From positions 1,823 through 65,822 of the forward strand of contig JBNKEI010000191.1 of assembly GCA_050288705.1 (NCBI GenBank): a DNA stretch of 64,000 nt, given 5' to 3'. Under the pieces are notes generated by a model. That model did no database searches, was not told the DNA's origin, and saw nothing but the letters and a program-made list of their open reading frames with translations. A program made the position numbers and the translations under genes. Origin of the DNA: Myxococcales bacterium (GTDB lineage Bacteria; Myxococcota; Myxococcia; Myxococcales; UBA5297). Shown here piece by piece: positions 41,520 through 51,388 of this stretch (positions are counted from its first letter, which is position 1; every line of letters begins with the position of its first letter).

Positions 41520-42418
41520 ATGCCGTTCATTGCCATTTTTCTCCTCGTGGAAGTGAAAGAAAACGTGACCGTCGGCGTCTATGGGCAACATTTGCGCTTA
41601 CCTCTAGCATGATGGTGCTGGAAGCGGTAGGGGGTTGGGTTTCCGGATCGTTAGCGCTGGTCTCCGATGCTGGTCACATGCTAACTGATGCCGCCGCCCT
41701 GCTAGTGGCCATTTTGGCGCAATGGTTTGCTTCGCGTCCGGCAGATTTGCAAAGGACCTTCGGGTTTGTGCGCGTAGAAGTTCTATCTGCTTTTCTCAAT
41801 GGAATAGCTCTGTTAGGAATTGCCGGTTTTATTGGGCTAGAAGCTTGGAAAAGAATCATGCACCCCGAACCAATCAGGGCGGGGCTAATGCTTGGCGTGG
41901 CCTTGGTAGGGTTGCTGGTGAATATAGTCGGAATGGTATTATTGTCGAAATCGCGAAGTATTAATGTAAGAGCTGCATTTCTTCATGTAGCTAGTGATGC
42001 TTTTGCTTCACTGGGAGTGGTTGCGGCGGCGGTAGTAGTCTGGATTACTGGTTATACCTTGTTCGATCCACTGATTTCTTTGGGTATTGTTATAATTATT
42101 GTGGTAGGAGCCATCGCGCTAATTCGCGAAGCAGTGCATGTTCTCATCGAATCAGTTCCTCGCCATATTCGCCTGGATGATGTACAAAAAGAACTAGGGA
42201 GCGTTTTGGGAGTTAGCGAAGTACATGATTTACATGTTTGGTCAATATCGCATGGGCTTTATTCTCTTTCAGCGCATTTAGTTTGTTCCGATTCTATGAC
42301 CAATAATGATTTAATACTAGAAGAAGCACGCCTGAAAATGCGCGAATGTTTTGGAATAGAACATAGTACCTTACAAATTGAAAGTAAGCGCTTTCATGAA
42401 TGCGAGCATACTCACTAA
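41516..42418 (+). CDS. Cation diffusion facilitator transporter (CzcD/ZitB-like)
   Basis: SDAGHMLTD and HVASDAF metal-site motifs, six TM segments. The only start upstream of TM1 is TTG at 41516, which overlaps the preceding stop (TTGA). Confidence 0.9.
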   Translation: MNAVHCHFSPRGSERKRDRRRLWATFALTSSMMVLEAVGGWVSGSLALVSDAGHMLTDAAALLVAILAQWFASRPADLQRTFGFVRVEVLSAFLNGIALLGIAGFIGLEAWKRIMHPEPIRAGLMLGVALVGLLVNIVGMVLLSKSRSINVRAAFLHVASDAFASLGVVAAAVVVWITGYTLFDPLISLGIVIIIVVGAIALIREAVHVLIESVPRHIRLDDVQKELGSVLGVSEVHDLHVWSISHGLYSLSAHLVCSDSMTNNDLILEEARLKMRECFGIEHSTLQIESKRFHECEHTH

Positions 42419-42455
42419 TGAGTTTGTAAAAAAGCTCAAGTCACCATGTATAGTT

Positions 42456-43742
42456 TTAGTCACGTTCATTAGCAGCCAGAGAAAAATTCCCTATTCTGAT
42501 TGATGGTATTCTTCTTTTTATCAATTGGATCATATTGCGAATTCCCATTGGACTGCCTTGAGCGCTGCAATTTTTAGCCAAAGAAGTATATGAATCGATG
42601 TCGATACAAAGCGAACGGGTTTGCAATTGGTGAATTTGGTATCGCTTAATTAAGTCAATTAATGCTGCCACCTCGCCTGCTCGGTCGGTTACGCCGGGAA
42701 ACGTCAAAAGGTTCAAAGCAATAAAGGCCCGGTTCTTTTGAGCCAGTTGCAGAGAAGTCTCTACGTCGGAAAACGTGTAACTGGTTGGTCGATAATAAGC
42801 ATGATAAAGCTCAGGATGAGCCGAATTCAGGCTTACACGAATAGACTCTACTCCGGCGCCAAGAAGCTCCTCTAAGGCATATGGCAAGCTAGCATTAGTA
42901 TTTATATGAATAGTACCGCGAGAAGTGCGCTGGCGCATTAAACGAGTTGCTTGTATTAAAGTGTGAGCTCGGGTAAGAGGCTCCCCTTCGCAGCCTTGAC
43001 CATAGCTTACCATTATCCGGCCTCGGGCATGTGCTAAATGATGCGCCCCTACCTCGGCAATCTCTTGGGAGTTAGGAGCCTCAGTCAATCTTTCCATGGA
43101 AGAAACCGAGCCTCCTGGTTGCGTATGGCTTATGCATCCCAGGCACTGAGCATTGCATCCGGTGGAAGACGGAAGTCCCCCTTCGTCTCGCAGGTAAAAA
43201 ATATTCTGCGCGGTAAAGCAGCAGTACTGCAAAGCACATTTGCGTAGCTGCTGTAAAAGACGATTGTCCGGGAGCTGAGAAAGACGAGCCTTTACTAGTG
43301 AAGGAAGTTTTGGAGTGGAAAAACGATCGGGATTCCAGTGGTTTCTGGGATCGGTGCGCATTGCCCAGAAAACATGTTGCCGAAGGGCAGGAGACCAGCC
43401 AACTGCCGTATAAGCCCATTGAGACAAAGGAGGAAAATTGCCTTGATTTGAAGCAGGAAGAAAAGTGCGAGTGTATCCCGGGGGAAGGGTAGCAGCCACT
43501 GCCTGGGGACGTATTATGTTGCCCTCAACAAGCATTGTTTCCAAGATTTCCACCTGTTTGGTGGAGGGATCCCATCCCAGCGGCTTTCTGCCGGGCAAAG
43601 ATACTAATTGGCAATGCGCAGGAACTATTTGCGGGCGCTCGTGGGGGATAATGATGTCGTCTTCGGAACGAACTAGGGCGTGCAGATAAGGATGCTCTAA
43701 AACTGTGCCGTCTGGAGTAGAAAATAAAAGCTTGATATGCAT
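42456..43742 (-). CDS. Radical SAM protein
   Basis: CxxxCxxC motif CNAQCLGC followed by a TIM-barrel-like pattern. 428 aa. Confidence 0.65.
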   Translation of the reverse strand: MHIKLLFSTPDGTVLEHPYLHALVRSEDDIIIPHERPQIVPAHCQLVSLPGRKPLGWDPSTKQVEILETMLVEGNIIRPQAVAATLPPGYTRTFLPASNQGNFPPLSQWAYTAVGWSPALRQHVFWAMRTDPRNHWNPDRFSTPKLPSLVKARLSQLPDNRLLQQLRKCALQYCCFTAQNIFYLRDEGGLPSSTGCNAQCLGCISHTQPGGSVSSMERLTEAPNSQEIAEVGAHHLAHARGRIMVSYGQGCEGEPLTRAHTLIQATRLMRQRTSRGTIHINTNASLPYALEELLGAGVESIRVSLNSAHPELYHAYYRPTSYTFSDVETSLQLAQKNRAFIALNLLTFPGVTDRAGEVAALIDLIKRYQIHQLQTRSLCIDIDSYTSLAKNCSAQGSPMGIRNMIQLIKRRIPSIRIGNFSLAANERD

Positions 43743-43814
43743 AAGGTACGGGGTGGAAGAAATTTTGCCTCTTGAGAAATCGAGATCAAGATACCAAAAA
43801 AAAACGAAAGAAAG

Positions 43815-44273
43815 GTGTCGAATTTGCCTGCGGAGATAAAACTAAGAAAAGCACGTCGAGGTGATCGCGATTGGTTAGCTGCTTTGTTAAGGGAGCTAGG
43901 GTATCGTGACGCCGCCGATACTAATACTGTGTTCTGGGTGCTTAATCATCCAGAAATTGAAGTCCTGGTGGCTGTGGACCACTTAGATCGTCCGGTAGGG
44001 CTACTGAGCTTGTCGTATAGGCCGCAATTATGTCTACGAGGACGTATTGCTACCATTGACGAATTAGTGGTGACTCCAGAGTGGCGTAACAAAGGAGTAG
44101 GAAGCAAGCTTTTGGAAGCTGGATTGGCGCGTGCTAAATCTTTGGCGGTCAAACGGGTGGAACTTAATGCTCAAAGCGCTCAGAACCTACGCCGTTCTTT
44201 TTTTGAGAGGCATGGTCTTAAGGAATCTGATTGCACGGTTATCAGGCTGTGTGAGCTAGAGCGGCAAAGCTGA
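43815..44273 (+). CDS. GNAT family N-acetyltransferase
   Basis: VVTPEWRNKGVGSKLLEAGLARAK acetyl-CoA binding motif. 152 aa; GTG start. Confidence 0.85.
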   Translation: MSNLPAEIKLRKARRGDRDWLAALLRELGYRDAADTNTVFWVLNHPEIEVLVAVDHLDRPVGLLSLSYRPQLCLRGRIATIDELVVTPEWRNKGVGSKLLEAGLARAKSLAVKRVELNAQSAQNLRRSFFERHGLKESDCTVIRLCELERQS

Positions 44274-44404
44274 TAATCTAGCCAATTGCAAACCCGCCAG
44301 CAAATGGGGTTTGGGGCGAGAGCCCCGAGTAGAGCGACGGCGAGCTATGCTTGCCCAAAGCGGAAAAATTGGGGTTTTGCAATTGCCTCAATCGTGTAAA
44401 GCTA

Positions 44405-45577
44405 TTAACGAGAAGTACGTTCCCATGCAGCTTTTTGTTGATTTCGTATGAATTTCCAGAATCCAACTGCTAAAGCCAGGTTCATGTAAACAAAATAGTA
44501 GGCAGCGGAAGCCGCAGTTTGAACTATTCTGGGAAGGCCGTATATGCGACTTATTCCTGCGAGTGTATAAAAAGAAACCTGGCAGATTAATAATATTGGA
44601 TATATTACTCCTGGAATACTTAATAGAAAGATATTCGAAATAAGTGCCATGAGCATAAAAAATGGCGCTAGCCATCGCAAAAATTTGTGCGACCAAAATG
44701 CATAGGATGCTAACGGGTTTTCCAAAAAAAACAGCAGTTTTGGCATGCGAGTTAGGGCTTGGAAATTTCCAGCCGAGATTCGTGATTTTCTCGAAAACTC
44801 GTGTTCATAGTTTTCGGTAGTCTTTTCGTAAGCTAGAGCCTCGGGTTCGAAACGGACTTTATATCCAGCAAGAAGAATACGTGCTGGTACAGTGAAATCA
44901 TCGATAATAGTGTCAGTAGGTAAATGATTATAGAGTGAGCGCCGGATAGCATAGAGTCCCCCGTTTGCACCCATAACTACGCCGCTTTGGCTTTCGTAGT
45001 GCTTCAGCAAGCTTTCGTAAGACCAATATGCACTTTCTTCGTAATCGGGAAGCGTGGGATTGTATAGCTTTAAATGACCGCAAACCGCACCAACCTGGGG
45101 ATTCGCAAAATGGCGAACCAACCTACGTACCGCCTGAGGGTCGATGGAAGTATTGGCGTCGGTTAAGACTACAATTTCTCCTTGAGCCATGGCAATGCAA
45201 CGATTTAAGACCGCTGATTTTCCACCGCGTGTTCCTGAAGAGAGGATGATTTTGGAATCATTGTTGCGAGTAACTAGAGAATCGGTAGCGTCGGTTGAAC
45301 CATCACTTCCAACGATGATTTCTAAATCGGGATATTGAATGGTCAGACTATTACTTAATTTTTCGACAATGCATTCTTCCTCGTTATAAGCGGCAATTAT
45401 AAGTGTCACCTGAGGTAAAAACTCTGTATTCCACGACTTGCGTCGCTCTTTTCCATGTGCAAGGTATGAATAAGTACGAATCGCTTGTTTTATGCTGTCC
45501 CATGCCCAAAGACTCAGTGGATAAATAAAATAGGTATGCACTAGTAATATTATGGGGGTCCATAGTAAAATTGACAT
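44405..45577 (-). CDS. Family 2 glycosyltransferase, membrane-bound
   Basis: TLIIAAYNEE, GSDGSTD, LTDANT, C-terminal TM helices. The ATG at 45577 has AGGAGG 4 nt upstream. Confidence 0.85.
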   Translation of the reverse strand: MSILLWTPIILLVHTYFIYPLSLWAWDSIKQAIRTYSYLAHGKERRKSWNTEFLPQVTLIIAAYNEEECIVEKLSNSLTIQYPDLEIIVGSDGSTDATDSLVTRNNDSKIILSSGTRGGKSAVLNRCIAMAQGEIVVLTDANTSIDPQAVRRLVRHFANPQVGAVCGHLKLYNPTLPDYEESAYWSYESLLKHYESQSGVVMGANGGLYAIRRSLYNHLPTDTIIDDFTVPARILLAGYKVRFEPEALAYEKTTENYEHEFSRKSRISAGNFQALTRMPKLLFFLENPLASYAFWSHKFLRWLAPFFMLMALISNIFLLSIPGVIYPILLICQVSFYTLAGISRIYGLPRIVQTAASAAYYFVYMNLALAVGFWKFIRNQQKAAWERTSR

Positions 45578-45854
45578 AAATCCTCCTTGGTCTTGCTGTA
45601 AATGCAATAATTAGACTCATGGGAAGAGTGCTCCCAAAATGGGGAAAAATGGCTCTTTTCGGACGAAGCTTCCCTAATCTCAGACCTGCGGCCTTACGCT
45701 CAACAAAGAACGGGGGATCGATTCCGTCACCATGGAGAAGTGAGGTTCTTAGCAGTTGCAATTAGAATAATACATTCGCCTGCTGCAGAATAAAAATGGA
45801 TCGAGTGAGGAAAATATTTCCACTGTTGATGTGTTTACCGTCGTTTGCAATTAT

Positions 45855-47552
45855 TTATGGCTTATTAGCAGCATTCTCCACTTCTTCCATAAGTTTTTTT
45901 GCGGCGCTGTGTTTTGGATTGCGCTCCAATAGCTGTTTAATGGTTTCTTTGGCTTGGGCATATTCTTTATTCGAAAAGTATATTTTCGCCAAAACAAACT
46001 GCGCTCGCAAAAGCTTGGGATCTTTTCTTAAAGCGTCAAGTGCGGCGGCTATTCCTTTTTTTTGCCAATCGGGTTCGCTGCGAGAACCTGAGTAGTACAA
46101 TGCCATAGCCAAATCAGCAAATGCTCGGGAAGGGTCATTGAGCGTTTCACGCCTATCAGCAAACTTTTTATATGGTTCCACAAAATTTTTGTATTGTTCG
46201 GCACTTCCCCGAGAAGTGTAGTAAATAGCGGCTGCTCGATACCAAGTGCCGGTATCTCCTGCAACCCCCAAATTTTGGACTAATTGTTTGGTTTTTTGAA
46301 GAATTTTACTTATTTGTTCATCGTGGATTTCTGCCTCTTTACTCAAAGCATTGACCCGATTGATATCTGCAACATATTGCGCTCCGAGAGTATTAGCCCT
46401 CGCTCGCCAATCATTTGGCTCTTTTTTTTCCTCCAGAAGTTTTTTCTCCTGAAGAGTGATTAGTCGGTGCTCATTAATGCGATCGATTTCGTTGCGAATA
46501 TCGTAGGCCAACAGAGCATGAGCCATTGCCTGATTAGTTTGAAAAGGAACATATTCAGGGTCTCTGGGTTCTAGCTTTTTCCAGTAGTCAATTGCTTGAG
46601 TTAGTGACGCGGAATCATCCAATTTAAGAAGCTCTAAAGCCTTTAGATCTGCTTGGACGTAGCGACTATCAGCCGAGGGAGTACGCAAGCTAAGGAAAAT
46701 ACCTATTGCTGCGGTCACTAGCACAATCCCTCCAATGACGGCAGCAATTATTGGACCACGTCGTTGCCTTCGACGCAGAGCAACTTGTAGTTGCATGGTT
46801 TGTGCACCTACCCGTTCCGGCATTGGCAAAGGAGAAGACCCTCGCGAAAAGCGTGGCGCAATTGACGGTGATTGTGCGGCTCTAGGAGAATTGCTGGAAG
46901 CAATGTTAGGTTCTGCGCGCTCTGGATCAAGGTGGTTGGTTTGTGTGCCTGCTGACTGCAAAGACGATTCAAGGGCTTGCTCAAGAGCGTTTTCGCAATC
47001 TTTGGCGGGGGCTGCTAAAAAAGGACTATAGCCAACATGCTTTTCCTTGGCCAAGACGGCCGCCGAAAAAGGAGGTTCGGTTTTCAAAGGCTCTTCGGTC
47101 AGCTTTTCTTCTGAACCAGGAGAACTAGGAGAACTAGGAATAGGAGAGGCAAGATTGGGGCTAGGACGAATAGCGGTGGCTTCATTTCCAATGGAAGGTT
47201 CGCTCGCCGGAGGAGGGTTCCCAAATACCTTAGTTCGATACTGCGGCTTAGATGTTGGGGGTTGAGGCACTGCTTTGCCAAACATCATTGTTTGGTTAGG
47301 AGAAACTGCCGCGACGTTAGTATCTGGTGGTGCTCCGAACATCATAGTAGCCGAAGAGCTAGGCGGGGTGCTTTTCGGCCGATGAAGAGCTGAAGGTGGC
47401 GGTGGCACAGAATGAGCAGAGGTTTTAGGTTTGGCGGTAAACACAAAACCGCAACGAGTGCATTGCACCGGAGCGCCGCTTGGGGGAATGAGTTTATCGT
47501 CGAGTACGTAGGCAGTTTTGCATTGTTCGCAGAGAATTTGCACTGGCACCAT
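45855..47552 (-). CDS. MJ0042-type zinc-ribbon protein with Pro/Ser-rich linker, TM helix and TPR-like C-terminal domain
   Basis: N-terminus ILCEQCKTAYVLDD...VQCTRCGFVF. The C-terminal half is helical-repeat rich. Confidence 0.7.
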   Translation of the reverse strand: MVPVQILCEQCKTAYVLDDKLIPPSGAPVQCTRCGFVFTAKPKTSAHSVPPPPSALHRPKSTPPSSSATMMFGAPPDTNVAAVSPNQTMMFGKAVPQPPTSKPQYRTKVFGNPPPASEPSIGNEATAIRPSPNLASPIPSSPSSPGSEEKLTEEPLKTEPPFSAAVLAKEKHVGYSPFLAAPAKDCENALEQALESSLQSAGTQTNHLDPERAEPNIASSNSPRAAQSPSIAPRFSRGSSPLPMPERVGAQTMQLQVALRRRQRRGPIIAAVIGGIVLVTAAIGIFLSLRTPSADSRYVQADLKALELLKLDDSASLTQAIDYWKKLEPRDPEYVPFQTNQAMAHALLAYDIRNEIDRINEHRLITLQEKKLLEEKKEPNDWRARANTLGAQYVADINRVNALSKEAEIHDEQISKILQKTKQLVQNLGVAGDTGTWYRAAAIYYTSRGSAEQYKNFVEPYKKFADRRETLNDPSRAFADLAMALYYSGSRSEPDWQKKGIAAALDALRKDPKLLRAQFVLAKIYFSNKEYAQAKETIKQLLERNPKHSAAKKLMEEVENAANKP

Positions 47553-47607
47553 TCCTTCCTAGAAGCCGCATATTACACTTGGTTCAGCGGTATTGATGAC
47601 ACCTTGG

Positions 47608-48180
47608 TCATTGACATGCAACTTGTCCCTGGGGGCATCTGTTTACTCCATTAATTGCAGCTTGCAAAACCATCATACGTGCAGGTCCAATCCCGGGTAC
47701 TGCAGAAAGATCATCCAGCGAGCGAAACCCCCCTTTGTTGTAACGGGCTTCCATAATTTTTTCCGCAATTTTAGGTCCGATGCCGGAAAGACTTTCCCAG
47801 TCTTCGCGATTGAGATCATTTATGGGAATGGGCACTTGCAAAACCCGCATCATTCCTAGTGAGAAACGAGCTGTTGAAGAAGTTACAGGTAGGCAAACAT
47901 CATTCTTGCAAAAAGCTCGCACTGGCGCGCGATTTCCGTTTAACCCACCAGGTAAAGCCTGGCTAGTGATTGCAATATATCGGGAGCACGAAAAATCGTT
48001 TCTCTTCCCAATAAGTGGCCGGATATAAGCACTAGTCAACAATAAAACCAAGACCGCGGCTAGCCAATAAGCACTTCTCCGATGAGTCAAATTCAAAACC
48101 TGTCGGCACTCGGTTTCAGCCGTGAGCGGCGTGGAAGGGTTTTGAAATTGCCTATGATGGCTATTTGCATCAAAATTCAT
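47608..48180 (-). CDS. comEA: ComEA-like helix-hairpin-helix DNA-binding protein
   Basis: C-terminal tandem HhH (LSGIGPKIAEKIMEAR...LSAVPGIGPARMM) and an N-terminal TM anchor. Confidence 0.75.
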   Translation of the reverse strand: MNFDANSHHRQFQNPSTPLTAETECRQVLNLTHRRSAYWLAAVLVLLLTSAYIRPLIGKRNDFSCSRYIAITSQALPGGLNGNRAPVRAFCKNDVCLPVTSSTARFSLGMMRVLQVPIPINDLNREDWESLSGIGPKIAEKIMEARYNKGGFRSLDDLSAVPGIGPARMMVLQAAINGVNRCPQGQVACQ

Positions 48181-48318
48181 CTATGAAGAACTCCGAAAAA
48201 CTCCCTAAACTCCCTCTCTGGCCGCACATCTGACACTAAAGCAATGCAGCCGATGCTAAATATCTGTAGGGAGATGTGTCAAACCGGACGAGTCATTGGC
48301 TATCATAAGGGGTAAAAC

Positions 48319-49137
48319 GTGACCACAATTTCTTTTGCGACCATAAAAGGAGGGGTAGGAAAAACTACTCTTGCCGTCCACATAGCGGCGGCTTTAGCCG
48401 ACTCCGGTTTAGAGGTGCTATTTTTAGACCTCGATCCCCAAGGGCATGCGTCGCTAGTGCTAGGGCTTGAGCCTGGTGAGCGTCCAAGTATAGCCGATTC
48501 CCTAGGACCCAGTCCTTCTCTTGAACTTTCACAGATAGTTGTTCCTTCACCGCGTCGTCCTTCTCTCAAAATTGCTCCAGCATGTCCCCGCATGTTCGCT
48601 CAGGAGCGAGATTTGTTTCAATGGGGACATCGATTACAAGCTATTCCTAGGGCCATGAAGAACTATGGCCAGCCGGTGGACGTAATAATCTGCGATACGC
48701 CCCCTAGTTTAGGTGCTTTTACTGAAGCAGCGTTGGCCTGCAGTAACTTGGTGGTGGCTCCAGTACCTACTGGCGCCTTTGCTCTGCAAGGGTTGTCGGA
48801 TGTAGAAGCCGCTTGGCGAGATGCTTCCGATGGTCAGGGAGAATTAGTAATTGCCATCAACATGCTAGATCGTCGAACTAACGCTACTAATTGCGCCATG
48901 GAAGAAGCTTTAAGCGAGCTTGCTATACCGATCTTAAAAAAGAGAATTCCTCGCGCCGAGTCGCTGAACCAAGCAGGGTTAGCCTACGAGTTGATTTTCG
49001 ATACTCACTCTTCAGCAGCGGTGGCCAGCGAACTACGCGCCTTGGCTCAAGAACTAGTCGAGCGGTTGGGTTTGCGATTTGGCGAAAAGAACAGAAAAAA
49101 ACACAAAGAAAATCTTGTCCAAACCTGTTCTTCTTAG
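48319..49137 (+). CDS. ParA/MinD-family ATPase
   Basis: Deviant Walker A KGGVGKTT. 272 aa; GTG start; no parB nearby. Confidence 0.85.
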   Translation: MTTISFATIKGGVGKTTLAVHIAAALADSGLEVLFLDLDPQGHASLVLGLEPGERPSIADSLGPSPSLELSQIVVPSPRRPSLKIAPACPRMFAQERDLFQWGHRLQAIPRAMKNYGQPVDVIICDTPPSLGAFTEAALACSNLVVAPVPTGAFALQGLSDVEAAWRDASDGQGELVIAINMLDRRTNATNCAMEEALSELAIPILKKRIPRAESLNQAGLAYELIFDTHSSAAVASELRALAQELVERLGLRFGEKNRKKHKENLVQTCSS

Positions 49138-50036
49138 CGCTCGCCCCAGCGTAACTTGGTTCGGAGCATGCTGAAATAATCGAGGGAGCGGTTTTTTATC
49201 AACAAAAAAGGATTAGGGGAAGGCCCGACTTCTACGCGGTCGTTGGCTTGGAGAGCCATTCCTTCTTGTCCATCTAGTGTCAGGTAGATATCTGCCTTAG
49301 TGCTCACCAATCGCAGAGATATTGTTTGATGATCGGGTACAACAATAGGCCGCTGAGTCAACGTGTGAGGACAAATTGGAGTAATTATAGTTGCTTGGAT
49401 AGTGGGATGCATTATAGGCCCGCTTGCCGATAAAGAATATCCGGTGGAGCCAGTAGGAGTAGAAACAATGATTCCGTCAGCTTTGTAGGAAGTAATAATT
49501 GTTCCATTAATGGAAGCTTCGAAATCAGCAATCCGAGATAATGTACCCTTGTTAATCACTACATCATTGAGTACTTCGGTATCGAGAATGCTCTCCGGAC
49601 AACGTTGCGGAATGTTTTCTGGTGCACCGTTCGGAGCGTTTTCGGTAGCACGCAAAAGTCGGACTCGGAGTTTGCGACGTGGTTCGACCAAGTAATCGCC
49701 AGCCAGTGTTTCTTGAAGCATTGGTAAGGCATATGAGACGGGGATCTCCGTAAGGAAACCCAGGAAGCCAAGATTAACCCCCAAAACAGGCACAGGATTT
49801 CCCTTTAAGATGCGGGCAGCGTGAATAAGAGTTCCGTCTCCCCCTAATGAAATACATAAATCGCTTCTAGCTAAGTCTTGGGCAGTCCCCCAAGGCAGAC
49901 CCAAAGCCCGTCCTACTCGTTCTTCGCAGACAATGCCTACTTTCGCACGGTCTAAAACCGCCTGCATTTCCAGAATTAGCGACAAGGCTTCGGGTTTATC
50001 GGCGTTAGCAATAATGGTAACTCTGCGAATTTCCAT
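49134..50036 (-). CDS. nadK: NAD kinase
   Basis: GGDGT motif and NadK-typical C-terminal beta domain. 300 aa. Confidence 0.9.
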   Translation of the reverse strand: MEIRRVTIIANADKPEALSLILEMQAVLDRAKVGIVCEERVGRALGLPWGTAQDLARSDLCISLGGDGTLIHAARILKGNPVPVLGVNLGFLGFLTEIPVSYALPMLQETLAGDYLVEPRRKLRVRLLRATENAPNGAPENIPQRCPESILDTEVLNDVVINKGTLSRIADFEASINGTIITSYKADGIIVSTPTGSTGYSLSASGPIMHPTIQATIITPICPHTLTQRPIVVPDHQTISLRLVSTKADIYLTLDGQEGMALQANDRVEVGPSPNPFLLIKNRSLDYFSMLRTKLRWGER

Positions 50037-50073
50037 GGCAATTAGACCATAACGATTTTCGGGAAGAAAATGA

Positions 50074-50634
50074 TCAAAGGGATTCGTCCATGCGGCAAAT
50101 TTTGTCGATTATCGATTGATAAAAAGCAGCTAAGCTAGGAGCAAATTCAACAAAAAAGTGTCTTCCGTCTTCTCGATGAGATACCCAAACCGGACTGTCT
50201 ATGGCCAGTTCATCGGTCCGTAGAGCCAGGGGATTGCCGTCAATTTCTGCAAAAACCACGAAGCTTTCGTCCCATTCTGGCATGCTTTTTCCGTTGAATC
50301 CATGCCAACGATATCCTACTTGCAACTCGATGAGGTCTTGAGGAGGCCAAAGGGTCAATACGGTAGGACTTATCTTCAGGCGTATCAGAGTGCGCGGTGC
50401 AAAGTGCTCCCACGCGAAAGCAAGCGAGTGAGGTAGTGGCAAGCAAGCTTTTTGTGTTCTGCGAACGCGCCCCAATGCTGACCTAACCTCAAAATCACCT
50501 TGCAACATTTTTCGCTCGCCTGCAGAAAAAGGCTGAAAAAGCTTGCTGTCCCTCTGGTTGTCCATCGGTTCCAGGCAGGCTACAAATCTGTAGAGAGTCT
50601 CAACAAGCTTATTAGTTGGCTGATTCATCAACAA
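50074..50634 (-). CDS. Hypothetical protein, SMI1/KNR4 (SUKH)-like
   Basis: By-eye resemblance to the SUKH pattern (FVVFAEIDGNPLALRTD...SPVWVSH...AFYQSI). 186 aa. Confidence 0.35.
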   Translation of the reverse strand: MLMNQPTNKLVETLYRFVACLEPMDNQRDSKLFQPFSAGERKMLQGDFEVRSALGRVRRTQKACLPLPHSLAFAWEHFAPRTLIRLKISPTVLTLWPPQDLIELQVGYRWHGFNGKSMPEWDESFVVFAEIDGNPLALRTDELAIDSPVWVSHREDGRHFFVEFAPSLAAFYQSIIDKICRMDESL

Positions 50635-50681
50635 AATATGCCACGTTTGCTTCCATCGTCAGTCGAAAAAAGGCAATCGTC

Positions 50682-50713
50682 CGTTATCAAGAAATAAGGG
50701 TGCTGAATAGTTA
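50682..50713. repeat. 32-nt repeat, 31/32 identical to the inverted left end of the MITE-like element (52970-53001)
   Basis: cgttatcaagaaataagggtGctgaatagtta versus the reverse complement of taactattcagTacccttatttcttgataacg. Confidence 0.9.
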
Positions 50714-50859
50714 AAAAAACTTACTTGGTAGTTGACATCCAAGTTCCGCCGGGGTAGTAAATCGCACATTGATTCGGCGTCATAACGAAAACTGATTAAA
50801 AAGCTGATTCTGCAGATTGCTAGTAATTTGAGTAGTAAGTAGTATGGAAGGGCGCAATT

Positions 50860-51246
50860 TTGGAAAAGAAGTCTTCGGAAAGCGATTTGCTTCGGTCTCT
50901 CCAGAAGGAACTTCAGGCAGCGCAATTTGAGTTAGGGCAGTTACGGAAGCAGGTGGAACAAGCAGTTGAATTTGGTAAAGCCCAGGCTGTTTTAAGTGTT
51001 TTAAGAAGTAAGCGTGAAGTTGCAATGATGAAGTTGGGAGAAGTGTTTTTAAAAGAAGTAGAAGTAAGCGAGAGCGTACTGACGCCTGAACTGCAGCGAG
51101 CGTATAGCGAGGCAAAGGCGAAAGAAGTTGCTTTTCAAGAATATCAGGCGGATATCTCGATGCTTCTAAAAGAAGCAGATGTGTGTATAGAAGAAGGCAG
51201 TAAGCTTTCGAGAAAACCTACGGTTGCCAAAAAACCGAAGGAATAG
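50860..51246 (+). CDS. Hypothetical coiled-coil protein
   Basis: 128-aa ORF with heptad-like Glu/Lys/Gln-rich sequence. TTG start with GGAAGGG 7 nt upstream. Confidence 0.4.
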   Translation: MEKKSSESDLLRSLQKELQAAQFELGQLRKQVEQAVEFGKAQAVLSVLRSKREVAMMKLGEVFLKEVEVSESVLTPELQRAYSEAKAKEVAFQEYQADISMLLKEADVCIEEGSKLSRKPTVAKKPKE

Positions 51247-51255
51247 TGAAAACAT

Positions 51256-51328
51256 GGGGCTGTAGCTCAGCTGGGAGAGCGCCTGAATGGCATTCAGGAG
51301 GCCGACGGTTCGATCCCGTTCAGCTCCA
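51256..51328 (+). tRNA. tRNA-Ala (anticodon GGC)
   Basis: Manual cloverleaf: acceptor GGGGCTG/CAGCTCC with the G3:U70 Ala identity pair, anticodon arm CCTGA-ATGGCAT-TCAGG, T-loop TTCGATC. 73 nt; CCA is not encoded. Confidence 0.9.
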
Positions 51329-51335
51329 CTACGAG

Positions 51336-51370
51336 AAAAAAGGGGGTTTTTGTAGGAAGCTCCCTTTTTT
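51336..51370 (+). terminator. Candidate terminator after tRNA-Ala
   Basis: aaaaaaggggg...ctccctttttt. The short G/C stem is flanked by A and T runs and has a large loop. Confidence 0.4.
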
Positions 51371-51388
51371 GCTCGCGGCCTTGTTTGA

